This document shows, piece by piece, positions 49,287-58,842 of a DNA stretch of 64,000 nucleotides; position 1 is the stretch's first letter, and each line of letters starts with the position of its first letter. The position numbers and the translations under genes were made by a program. This stretch comes from an uncultured bacterium (GTDB taxonomy: Bacteria; Desulfobacterota_D; UBA1144; Nemesobacterales; UBA2774): positions 352,001-416,000 of the forward strand of contig CAVPJU010000010.1 in assembly GCA_963705505.1 (NCBI GenBank), written 5' to 3'. Below the pieces are notes generated by a model. It worked only from the letters and a program-made list of their open reading frames with translations, had not been told where the DNA came from and did no database searches.

Positions 49287-49757
49287 ATGACCACACAGCA
49301 AAATCAACCAACAAATTTAAGCCTGAAGGAATTAAAAAAGCTCCGCAAACCTGTTCGCAATATCAATATCGAACATAAAGAAAGCCTTAGTCGTCTTCAA
49401 AAATTTGCAGTCTGGATAACCGAGCATGTGGGCACCATGGGTTTCTTCCTGATAATCTTTGCTTGGAGCTTATCATGGCTTTGCTGGAATGCATTGGCAC
49501 CGAAAGAATTAAGATTTGACCCTTACCCAGGTTTTATTCTTTGGCTTTTCATATCCAACATGATTCAGATTCTTCTGCTGCCCCTTATCATGATAGGCCA
49601 AAATTTACAGGGTCGTCATTCTGAAGCGAGGGCTGAAGCTGATTACGAGGTAAACACTATTGCGGAGAGAGAAATTGAAGCCATTCTCCAACATTTGGAA
49701 AATCAAAACGAGTTAATAGTGAAAATACTCAATCATCTGGAACAGGATAAACCCTAA
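49287..49757 (+). CDS. DUF1003 membrane protein
   Basis: VGTMGF, FDPYP.FI, PLIMIGQN, AEADYEVN. Confidence 0.9.
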   Translation: MTTQQNQPTNLSLKELKKLRKPVRNINIEHKESLSRLQKFAVWITEHVGTMGFFLIIFAWSLSWLCWNALAPKELRFDPYPGFILWLFISNMIQILLLPLIMIGQNLQGRHSEARAEADYEVNTIAEREIEAILQHLENQNELIVKILNHLEQDKP

Positions 49758-49799
49758 AATGAAGTTGTTATTTTTTCGGTTGCCGAAAAACCCCTTTCC

Positions 49800-51282
49800 T
49801 TACCCCGCCCTCTTAAAGTCGATATATCCGCGCTCCACATCCGTGCGGACCAGTTGCACGCGGAGCCTGTGGCCGACGTCCAGCCTTCAAAACCGCTCAC
49901 CAGTCTTCCTTCAATGGGCGGATGCAGAAGACGGACCCACGTGCCTTTGTCAGATGCGCCGGTGACGATGGCATCGAACTGCTCTCCGATCCTCGATTCC
50001 AGCAGCATTGCTGCGGCGGATTTTCCGACCTGCCGTTCGACTCTTCTTGCGCTGCGTCTTCCTGCTTCGGTGCAGTGCTTTGCGAGCGCCTCCAATTCAT
50101 CGTTCTCATAGGGCGGGGAACGTCCCGCCATTGCTGCTTTCAGCAACCGCTGCGTGATCAGATCGGGGTATCGGCGGTTCGGGGCGGTGGAGTGAGCATA
50201 GTCCTTGACCGCAAGACCGAAGTGCCCGGCGACACTTGCCTCCCGGAAGTTCGACGACGTATTCACCGCGCCCAAGCAGCTTGATGACGCTGAGGGAAAG
50301 ATCGGGAAAGCGGAGAGGATCGGCGGCTTTCGCCGATACCAGGAATTGCTCCAGGGCCTTTGAGTCGGGCTCCTGGGGCAACGTGAAGCCCCGCTCTGCG
50401 GCAAGCTCGACGATCCGGTCCCAGCGTTTGGGCGTGCGGACAACGCGCCGCAGCGACGGAAACATTTTGGACGCGAGGTATCGTGCGGTAACGCCGTTGG
50501 CGGCGATCATGAAGTCCTCAATAATGATCTTTGGCCCTGTTCTTTCTTTCGGCTTCCAAGTCCTTGAGCTCATCTCCGTCAAATACCGGACGCGCTTCGA
50601 TTGTTTCGAGATCAAGCGCACCGTGCAGGTGCCGGAGGGCCTTCAGTTTTTGGGCCACGCGGTCCTGGAGTCGAAGGTTCTCGTCGAGACCGTCGACCGC
50701 TGCCGATCCCTTGCGGCATCGGCCCGTTACCCTCCAGCCAGCCGGCCAACGCTGTTGTAGGCAAGCTTTGCACGATTGCGGACCGTCGCTCCATAAATGT
50801 CCGAACTCTGAAGCGATCCATCCCCGGCGACGACCATTTCAATGACGATGGCAAGGCGGTCTGATTCATAGTTGAGAGAGGTAAGATCGGTCGAGAGTTT
50901 CTCGGGCAGCATCGGAAATATCTCGGCAGCGGTGTAGACCGAGGTGGTGTTTTGCCGCGCATGATCGTCAAGTGCCGACTGCTTCTTGACGACCGCGTCA
51001 ACATCGGCAATGGCGACAAGGATCTTTGCGGCCCCTTCGGGCATGGCTTCGGCAACGGTAAGCTGGTCCAGATCGCGCGAATCATCGTTGTCGATGGAGC
51101 ACCAGAGAAGGTTTCTGAGATCACGCGTCGATTCCTCAGCTCGCGTCGCAGGCCCGTGGATTCCGTCGAGCTCGGCGAGCGCCTCGAGCGGAAAATCCGG
51201 AACAAGTCCTCTTTCAAGCATCGCCCGATCGGGCAATTCTTTGCAAGATGGAGCGGTGTTGTCTGTCGTCTGTGTCCGTCAT
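49800..51282 (-). pseudogene. RNB-domain (RNase II/R family) exoribonuclease, multiply frameshifted
   Basis: Fragments in different frames: SIDNDDSRDLDQ, IADV, TSVYT, IEDFMIAAN, HFGLA..YAHSTAPNRRYPDL, C-terminal S1-like VERGYIDF. ATG at 51282 with a GGGAGGTG RBS. Confidence 0.88.
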
Positions 51283-51551
51283 AATTTCACCTCCCTAAAA
51301 AATTACCTCGCCATTTACGCTCTGATAACGTAAACCATAATAATTATTCCTAGCCCAGTATAATCGCGATTATCTGTTTATAGAACTGCCGGAGACATGT
51401 AACACATGTTGTGCACAACATAAGAATATTATAACGCTAAGGTTGGCAGCAGTCGTGGAAACCTATGGAACTTTAGGCCCACAGACCAACGTTTAACCTT
51501 GCTCGATATAAACACGCCAGGATTGATTGTAGTGGTTTACTACTGCTGTGA

Positions 51552-51707
51552 CTATCTAGTAAAATATTTGCCAGCCCTGAGCATATCCCTACAGTATTGA
51601 AACGTCCTATTCCAACTCTCTCTGAGTGGGGGATGATTTCAGCCGCCGCGGGATTGGCCGGAGTTTTCTTCGCGGTGAGGAGAAGAAAGGCTGCCGTGAA
51701 CACATAG
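51552..51707 (+). pseudogene. IPTL-CTERM sorting-domain gene remnant
   Basis: Frame reads ...KIFASPEHIPTVLKRPIPTLSEWGMISAAAGLAGVFFAVRRRKAAVNT*, with an in-frame TGA at 51549-51551 inside a signal-peptide-like stretch. Confidence 0.65.
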
Positions 51708-51982
51708 AATGAGAAAAAAGCGAATAAAGCGAACTAACCACCATTACCTCGGTAAGGGGAAGCAAGCCTTTTCTCCGCGCTCTTATGGTGATATAATTAA
51801 TATACCTTTACTCATAGGTACTCTTGACTAAGCCCCTAACCATATTCCTCCCGAACGTTGGCCTGGGGCTTCCTATTAATGCAGCACCCTCTCTGGCTTT
51901 CAGGGAATTGACATAAGTTTAATTCCATGCAAATGTAATATTAAAGAGTTCATTTAATTCAGCTGTGCTAGGAGGGTTAATT

Positions 51983-52177
51983 ATGAGGAAAATTATCGCA
52001 ATTACAGCCGTTATCGTTTTATCTGGCGCAGATGCGTTTGCGGGCACCGTAGTTCCTCTACCAATATTAAACGTCCCCACCCTTAGCGAATGGGGGATAG
52101 TCGGCGCAGTAATGGTATTGGGGCTTGTCGGCGTTTTCTACCTCGTAAGACGTAAAAAGCACGGCTGCTGCAGCTGA
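51983..52177 (+). CDS. Minimal signal peptide + IPTL-CTERM protein (64 aa)
   Basis: GGAGG RBS; MRKIIAITAVIVLSGADAFA signal, then VPTLSEWG, TM helix and RRKK tail. Confidence 0.8.
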   Translation: MRKIIAITAVIVLSGADAFAGTVVPLPILNVPTLSEWGIVGAVMVLGLVGVFYLVRRKKHGCCS

Positions 52178-52509
52178 AGCCTCGGATCACGTCCGCTATG
52201 GTCCGGACGGCTTCCCCTCAGTACAATTACTCTATTCATTGTTACGCTTGCGGATTAGGCGGACTGGCCCCTTATTTTAGAAATACCTGGTACGAATTAA
52301 CCCCCTCTTTCCTGCTTAGAATGGGGCCTTCGCCCTTAATATCCCTTCCCGGTTTATTGTATAACTGGGGGACAATATAGCCCGCCTCATACCCCACGGT
52401 CTTTCATAGCCAGAGGCCCCCGACCCCATTGTAAGTTCATGCCAAAAGATTCTACTGGCACTAATTAATATAATGTTCTAGAATATTAGTTAGAATAAAC
52501 ATGGAGGTT

Positions 52510-52695
52510 ATGGTGGCTACAAAAAAAGCCTTCCTCAAGCACCTAGGTAATAGGAAATGGAGAAAAGTTAGTAATTCAATGATCACTATGCGAAAAAACT
52601 ACCTGATATATGCAGGGAACAGGAAATGGAAGAGAAAAGAAGGAGGAATTGAGAGAGCGGCTGACCTGCCCCCCTATAATAGGCCCTTGGAATAA
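52510..52695 (+). CDS. Small basic protein with a repeated GNRKW motif
   Basis: GGAGGT RBS before the ATG at 52510; GNRKWRK and GNRKWKRK repeat. Confidence 0.4.
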   Translation: MVATKKAFLKHLGNRKWRKVSNSMITMRKNYLIYAGNRKWKRKEGGIERAADLPPYNRPLE

Positions 52696-52712
52696 GTTAG
52701 ATTGTTGATAAG
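52662..52712 (+). repeat. IS-terminus-like motif, copy 2
   Basis: TGACCTGCCCCCCTATAATAGGCCCTTGGAATAAGTTAGATTGTTGATAA aligns with the copy at 48639. Confidence 0.55.
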
Positions 52713-52727
52713 GGAACAACAATTATT

Positions 52728-53657
52728 ATGAGAGAAATAAAAAAGATAATATGGGCTAGTGATGGTTCAAAGGAATCCGAGGAAGCTCTAAACTATGCTG
52801 TATTTCTTGCCCAAATCTTCAACTCCGAAATAATAGGAATCTTTGTAATCGAATTGCATCCAAGACTACTATACGACTATGCCAGAGACCCTGATAGCGA
52901 ACTCTATAAATGGGTGGAAGAAGCAGCCGAATACCACAAGTCAAGACTTACTACGAAAGCTAAAAATTTGGGTATTCCATGGATTCCTTTCCGAGAAACA
53001 GTTTTAATTGGAGAACCGAGTGAGGAGATCGTTAAAGTTGCACGTCGGAAAAAGGCCGACCTCATAGTGATGGGGGTACGAGGACTAGGTCTTATTGACA
53101 GGATGCTTGTCGGAAGCACTGCTCTCAAAGTTTTAAGACAATCCCATATACCTGTTCTTACTGTTAAGAAAAGGGATAAAGAGAGTACAATAGACATACG
53201 TAATATCCTTGTTCCATTGGACATATATGAAAAAGAAGATTCCGCTCTAAATTATGCAATTGATTTAGCACAAAAGATAAAAGCAAATATATCGGTTGTG
53301 TATGGCTATAGGCTGTTTGCTTACGCCACGCTTGAAATCGGAAAACCCCCGGTTGGAATAAATGAATTAGGGGAGGATGCACTAAAGTTTTTTTCCACTG
53401 AACTTACAACGAGGGTCGATGAGGCATTAAGGATTAAGACCGACAAAAAAGAAACTGATAAATTGGAGATCAACACAGACTTAATTGAGGGAATAAACCC
53501 TTCAATGAGGATAGTTGAGTATGCGGCTAGTAAGAATATGGATCTAATAGTGATAAATACTCACGGAAGAAAGGGGATTAAGAAGTTTATGTTGGGAAGT
53601 ATAACAGAGAAAATAATTCAAGAATCTCCTTGTGCGGTACTAGCACTAAGACCATAA
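52728..53657 (+). CDS. Tandem-domain universal stress protein
   Basis: ASDGSKES, DLIVMGVRG...LVGSTA, DLIVINTHGRKG...LGSITEKII..SPCAVL. Confidence 0.93.
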   Translation: MREIKKIIWASDGSKESEEALNYAVFLAQIFNSEIIGIFVIELHPRLLYDYARDPDSELYKWVEEAAEYHKSRLTTKAKNLGIPWIPFRETVLIGEPSEEIVKVARRKKADLIVMGVRGLGLIDRMLVGSTALKVLRQSHIPVLTVKKRDKESTIDIRNILVPLDIYEKEDSALNYAIDLAQKIKANISVVYGYRLFAYATLEIGKPPVGINELGEDALKFFSTELTTRVDEALRIKTDKKETDKLEINTDLIEGINPSMRIVEYAASKNMDLIVINTHGRKGIKKFMLGSITEKIIQESPCAVLALRP

Positions 53658-53699
53658 ATATGTGCTTTTTCAAGACATGCTAACAAATGCGATACTAAT

Positions 53700-53745
53700 A
53701 CTCGTAATGAGCAGGTCGGAGGTCCAAATCCTCTCGTCGGCTCCA
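53700..53745 (+). repeat. att-like direct repeat: 3' 46 nt of tRNA-Thr with one mismatch
   Basis: ACTCGTAATGAGCAGGTCGGAGGTCCAAATCCTCTCGTCGGCTCCA (T>C in the T-loop). Confidence 0.93.
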
Positions 53746-53886
53746 TAAAACACACCCCCCTGCCCTTCATAATACCGTTCACAACCAGGCTCACTTGTTA
53801 AATAAACTTTAGTTAAGGTAGAATGAGATTAATCTCCGGTGAATATATAATATTCAAAATGCAGAATCTCATGACAGCTAAATAAT

Positions 53887-54924
53887 ATGCCAGCAAGTAT
53901 CAACGTCGGTCTCATAGGCTGCGGGCGTATCGCAAGGCTCGTGCATCTGAGCACCCTTAAAAATCTCCCGGGTGTAAGGCTTAAAGCCGTTGCGGATTCG
54001 GACCCGGAGTGTAGAGAAAACGCCCGGCGCGCCGCGCCTGAGGCGGCTTTGTACTCAGACTACAACGATCTCTTGAGAGACCCGGCCATAAACGCCGTAA
54101 TCATCTGCCTGCCGAACCACCTCCATGCCGAGTCGGCCGTTGCCGCCTTCGAGCACGGCAAACACGTGTATCTCGAGAAGCCAATAGCGGTGAGCAAAGG
54201 CGAAGCGGAAGAGGTTATCAGGGTGTGGAAAGAGAGTAACCTAACGGGAATGATGGGCTTCAATCTACGCTTCAACCCGATCTACGGGGCTCTGAAAGAC
54301 TATATAAGATCGGGTGTAATCGGGGATGTGACTGCAGTGCGGACCGTATTCTCATCCTCGGGGCGCGCTTTGCCCGAATGGAAAAAGCACCGCAAGACCG
54401 GCGGCGGGGCGCTTTTAGACCTCGCTTCCCACCATGTCGACCTCATACGGCACATTTTCGAAACAGACATTATTGAAATATCCGCCCGGGTCAGGTCGCA
54501 TAAAACAGAGGACGATAACGCCCTGCTCGAATTTAGAACTTCGGCTCATATCGATATCCAGTCCTATTTCTCCATAAATTCAGCGGACGAAGATAAAATC
54601 GAGGTCTACGGCACCCGGGGAAAGCTCGCTGCGGACAGGTACCGCTCGCTCAATGTCGAAGTCGAAACCACGGATTCCCCCCGCCCGGGCAGGCTCCGTC
54701 ATCTGAAAAGAGGTATTCATTCCTTACTACGAAGCCCCAACCTGCCGGATAAGATAATCGCTCCGGGCAGAGAGCCGTCATTTGAAATCGCGCTCGGTCA
54801 TTTTGTTTCATCCGTGAGAGAAAATCACGCGGCTAGTCCCGATCTTTTTGACGGATACAAATGTCTCTCGGTCCTCCTAGCCGCAGAAGAATCCGCGAGA
54901 GCGGGCCTTGTAATTTCATTATGA
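53887..54924 (+). CDS. Gfo/Idh/MocA family oxidoreductase
   Basis: GLIGCGRIA, GKHVYLEKP, GGGALLDLASHHVD. Confidence 0.93.
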   Translation: MPASINVGLIGCGRIARLVHLSTLKNLPGVRLKAVADSDPECRENARRAAPEAALYSDYNDLLRDPAINAVIICLPNHLHAESAVAAFEHGKHVYLEKPIAVSKGEAEEVIRVWKESNLTGMMGFNLRFNPIYGALKDYIRSGVIGDVTAVRTVFSSSGRALPEWKKHRKTGGGALLDLASHHVDLIRHIFETDIIEISARVRSHKTEDDNALLEFRTSAHIDIQSYFSINSADEDKIEVYGTRGKLAADRYRSLNVEVETTDSPRPGRLRHLKRGIHSLLRSPNLPDKIIAPGREPSFEIALGHFVSSVRENHAASPDLFDGYKCLSVLLAAEESARAGLVISL

Positions 54925-54996
54925 GGTTACGAAATTCAAGGCCCTGAGTTATCGACATATCCGATTAAAAATGATTAAATTATATCAGGGCATACC

Positions 54997-55980
54997 ATGA
55001 AAGAAGAGCGATCCCCTCTTATGTCGGTAATTATTACAACAGGTTCCGGTTATGAATCGGTCCGAACGACGATCGAATACCTGAGAAGGCAGACAGTAAA
55101 GGAAAGCCTCGAAGTTATAATCATATCTCCGGCTATGAAGTGGTCGGCCCCCATCGAAGCCGAATTCAAGGGCTTTTACAACACAATCCTGATTGAAGCC
55201 GATATCGACAATGAGCTATACGAAGCCTGGGTAACCGCTATACACCGGTCTAGCGCGCCGGTTGTGGTGTTCGGAGAAAACCATGCATTTCCCGAACCCT
55301 ACTGGGCAGAGGCATTAATAGAGGCACACAAAGGACCGTGGGCAGGTGTGGGCTGCGTTATCAAAAATGCCAACCCCGACGGTATTAAAAGCTGGGCCCA
55401 GCAGTACATGACATACGGACGATATACCGAACCTGTCGAGTCGGGGGAAATCGACGACCTTGCCGGACACAATACCTCTTACAAACGCTCGATCCTGCTC
55501 GATTACGGAAGCGATCTCAAGTATAAGCTGATCAGAACCAACATCATGCATATGGACCTCCGCTCGCGGGGTTATCGCCTTTATCTAGAGAGCAAAGCCC
55601 GAATCGATCATATCAACGTATCTAAAACCGTATCTATTCCGCTGGACTTGTTTTATAACGGTCAGTTATACACGGCTGCCCTAGCTCATTATAAAGGATG
55701 GTCGCCCTCGAAACGGTTTCTTTACGCACTCCTCGAACCTCTGATAATCTTCAAACATTTCCGTGGCACTTTACGGAACATCAGGCGCACCGGACGATGG
55801 GACAAACTCATGCCCGCCGCGCTGCCGATTATAGTGTTGGGGCTTACAGCTCATTTGTTGGGAAAATTACGGGGCTACGCAGCTGGTTTCGGAAATACAC
55901 AGCAGAAAATAAACAGCTTTGAGTTCGACAGATTTAAATACATCACGGAGCAGGACATCAAACGTGTATCGAATCTATAA
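54997..55980 (+). CDS. Glycosyltransferase family 2-like protein
   Basis: GT-A-like N-terminus (MSVIITT...EVIII), FGENH in place of DxD, GHNTSYKR; lies in the glycan locus. Confidence 0.7.
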   Translation: MKEERSPLMSVIITTGSGYESVRTTIEYLRRQTVKESLEVIIISPAMKWSAPIEAEFKGFYNTILIEADIDNELYEAWVTAIHRSSAPVVVFGENHAFPEPYWAEALIEAHKGPWAGVGCVIKNANPDGIKSWAQQYMTYGRYTEPVESGEIDDLAGHNTSYKRSILLDYGSDLKYKLIRTNIMHMDLRSRGYRLYLESKARIDHINVSKTVSIPLDLFYNGQLYTAALAHYKGWSPSKRFLYALLEPLIIFKHFRGTLRNIRRTGRWDKLMPAALPIIVLGLTAHLLGKLRGYAAGFGNTQQKINSFEFDRFKYITEQDIKRVSNL

Positions 55981-56004
55981 AAAAGTGCTTCCCGAATCCC
56001 GGAT

Positions 56005-57198
56005 ATGAAAATCCTACTTGTTAATGATTACGGGATTCCTCAGGGCGGCGCCGAGATACAAATGTTAAGGCTGCGCCGGCTGCTGAGGGAGAAGGGACAC
56101 GATGCCAGATTATTCACGAGTGATGCACAAAACGGAGACCAGAAGAATGAAGCGGATTACAGATGCTTAGGGACCGTCTCGTCATTCCGCACATTGATTC
56201 AGACTTTGAATCCATGGGCATATTTCAGACTCAGGGAAGTAATAAGAGAATTCAGACCCGACATAGTCCATGTAAAAATATTTCTGACACAGCTCTCCCC
56301 GCTCATCCTGCCCCTTTTGAAAGACATACCCTCTCTTTATCACGTGGCCTGGTACCGCCCGGTCTGTCCCACCGGGACCAAATTGCTTCCGGACGGAAAC
56401 ATCTGCACGGTAAGGGCGGGTATCCCTTGCTACAGGAACGGGTGCCTGCCCATAAGGGACTGGCTGCCTCTCATGACTCAACTGAAACTATTAAGACACT
56501 GGCGGGGCGCTTTCGACATGATATTAGCCAACAGTGAATCGGTCAGGGATACATTATTACAAAATGGAATCGATGGGGTGGAAGTGCTTCACTACGGCAT
56601 TCCCGCAAAACCGGAAGGCGCTACATTATCCGGGACGCCGACCGTTGCATTCGCAGGGCGGCTCGTCAGGGAAAAAGGCGCCGATATATTGCTTCGCGCG
56701 TTCGCTAAAGTCACCGTGCAAATACCCTCAGCCAGGCTTCTAATCGCAGGAGAAGGACCGGAAAGGGATAATATAAACCTACTGATTTCCGATTTGAATA
56801 TATCCTCGAACGTTACCATTCTCGGTCATCTCCCCCCTTCGGAAATCGATAATACATTCAGCCGGGCATGGGTGCAGGCGGTGCCTTCGGTCTGGGCGGA
56901 GCCGTTCGGAATTGCGGCTGTTGAAGCGATGATGAGGGGCACGGCGGTAACGGCAAGCGACTTGGGTGGGCCAAAAGAAATTATCGAGAACGGAAAGAGC
57001 GGTTTTCTGGTGCCTCCGGGGGATGTCGATGCACTCGCCGAGAAAATCACCCTGCTGCTGAAAGATAAAGAACTATCCGAATCGCTTGGAAAAGCAGGAC
57101 GCGAAAGAGCGCAATCGGGGTTCGGAGAAGGGCTGTTCCTGAAGAAACTCCTGGATATGTATGACTCACTTTACAGAACTTATAATAAAAATAAGTGA
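56005..57198 (+). CDS. Glycosyltransferase family 4
   Basis: GGAE, AGRLVREKG, PSVWAEPFGIAAVEAM. Confidence 0.93.
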   Translation: MKILLVNDYGIPQGGAEIQMLRLRRLLREKGHDARLFTSDAQNGDQKNEADYRCLGTVSSFRTLIQTLNPWAYFRLREVIREFRPDIVHVKIFLTQLSPLILPLLKDIPSLYHVAWYRPVCPTGTKLLPDGNICTVRAGIPCYRNGCLPIRDWLPLMTQLKLLRHWRGAFDMILANSESVRDTLLQNGIDGVEVLHYGIPAKPEGATLSGTPTVAFAGRLVREKGADILLRAFAKVTVQIPSARLLIAGEGPERDNINLLISDLNISSNVTILGHLPPSEIDNTFSRAWVQAVPSVWAEPFGIAAVEAMMRGTAVTASDLGGPKEIIENGKSGFLVPPGDVDALAEKITLLLKDKELSESLGKAGRERAQSGFGEGLFLKKLLDMYDSLYRTYNKNK

Positions 57199-57291
57199 GC
57201 TTTTTCAACTCAAGCGGAAATCGCTTTTTTCCGAGGCTATGATGAGCGGTTAAATAAATCATAGTGTTTAAAAAACAGGCCGGTTCCGCCT

Positions 57292-58767
57292 ATGACACTG
57301 CGCACCGTTTCAGAAGACAGACTCACGATATTTTCATTCCTCTGGGCCGCAGCTGTAATTTTTCATCTCGGCAAATGGAACATCTGGCTTTATTCCCCCG
57401 TATCTTTTGTCCTCGCTATTTCTGCCGTGCTCGTGATACTCAAACCCTCCTCGCTTAACAGGCTCTATATATTAATTTTTCTTCAGCTTATCGACTCTTT
57501 TGAAAAGATGCCGTGGATTGCCAACCACTGGCTCTTTGCGACATTTGTCGATCTTACAATTCTCATCTCGGCACTGACCCTGATTATTTCATCGAGGAAC
57601 CTCCACGTCGCCAAATCCAAACTTTTCGGCGCGTTCGCTCCGGCCGTCAGACTTGAACTGATATTACTCTACCTGCTCGCCTTTTTTCATAAGCTCAATA
57701 CGGACTGGCTCGATCCCCGGGTAAGCTGCGGAACAAAGTTATATTTGCTGATGACAGGCGATTTAGGCTTTCTTCAAACTCCGATCTTCTCGGAATACAC
57801 GGCAATATACGGCCCACTCATAGTGGAGCTTATGATACCCATCTTCCTCATCATACGGAGACTGCGCATAGCGGGCATAATTATTGCTCTCCTCTTTCAT
57901 TTCATCCTCGGGACAGATGAGTACTACAACTTTTCTGCGGTGACTTTCGCAGCACTCTTCCTGTTCACTCCCGCAAATTTTCCAGACCGCATGCGGGAGT
58001 GGTGGACTTCCTCCGCTATCGGCAGAACTTATAGAATTTTGATTGTGAAACTTTCCATAGAAAAGGTAAAAACACCGGTTCTCACAGCTATCGGAGTCAT
58101 AGCAGCGGCTATTTTTATCTACTCGCAATTTTCGGAACGCTACATCGGACAGCACATAGAGTTGAGAGAATCGGGCAGTATTGGTAAAACAAGGCTATAT
58201 TATCTCTTCCTCGGCCTCTGGTGGTTATACGGTCTTTCGATTATCGCCGTATTCCTCCTTTCGATCAGGAAAGGAAAATGCGTCTCGTGCGATAGAATCT
58301 CTTATTTCATTCCACGATACAAAATTTTAATGATAATACCGTTACTTGTCTTCATAAACGGCATTTCACCCTATCTGGGGCTCAAAACACAAACGTCCTG
58401 GTCTATGTTCAGCAACCTCCGTACCGAAGGCGGCATATCGAATCATTTGCTTATCAGGCATCCGTATTATCTCGCGAATTTTGAAAATGACCTGGTGGAA
58501 ATAAAGCATTCATCAGACCCCTTCCTGAATTCGTTCGTCGAGAAAGGGTATCTTATCCCGTATTTCGAGCTGCGATATTATATGAGCCTGAAAACAGGCC
58601 TGTCCGGATCCAATAGCGAGATTACGTATATTCGTAACGGCTCAGTTAAGTCGGTTATGAAGCCGGGGGATGACCCCGGACTTTTCGAACCGGGCAGTTT
58701 ACTGCTTAGGAAGCTATTATCATTCAGGCCCGTCCCCGCGGGCAAAAGCAGCACGTGCCAGCAGTGA
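57292..58767 (+). CDS. HTTM-domain-like polytopic membrane protein
   Basis: Many TM helices, ANHW, AFFHKLN.DW, PYLGLKT..SWSMFSNL. Confidence 0.7.
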   Translation: MTLRTVSEDRLTIFSFLWAAAVIFHLGKWNIWLYSPVSFVLAISAVLVILKPSSLNRLYILIFLQLIDSFEKMPWIANHWLFATFVDLTILISALTLIISSRNLHVAKSKLFGAFAPAVRLELILLYLLAFFHKLNTDWLDPRVSCGTKLYLLMTGDLGFLQTPIFSEYTAIYGPLIVELMIPIFLIIRRLRIAGIIIALLFHFILGTDEYYNFSAVTFAALFLFTPANFPDRMREWWTSSAIGRTYRILIVKLSIEKVKTPVLTAIGVIAAAIFIYSQFSERYIGQHIELRESGSIGKTRLYYLFLGLWWLYGLSIIAVFLLSIRKGKCVSCDRISYFIPRYKILMIIPLLVFINGISPYLGLKTQTSWSMFSNLRTEGGISNHLLIRHPYYLANFENDLVEIKHSSDPFLNSFVEKGYLIPYFELRYYMSLKTGLSGSNSEITYIRNGSVKSVMKPGDDPGLFEPGSLLLRKLLSFRPVPAGKSSTCQQ

Positions 58768-58842
58768 TGCAGTAAGCAAGAACGAACGGTCTATCCCTAA
58801 ATTGAAAGCGCATGAAAACCAATTATAATTGAGGTCAATCAA

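Larger units (their letters stand above)
49006..53745. mobile_element. tRNA-Thr-anchored island 2 (no integrase)
   Basis: Lies between the second and third tRNA-3' repeats; mosaic GC and decayed genes. Confidence 0.7.

Noticed and set aside
48956..53745. Additional tRNA-Thr genes at 48956 and 53700
   Set aside because: Only the 3' half is present, with no D-arm or 5' acceptor strand, so these are att-type repeats.
45786..53745. Prophage or ICE
   Set aside because: No integrase, structural, replication or conjugation genes are recognisable.
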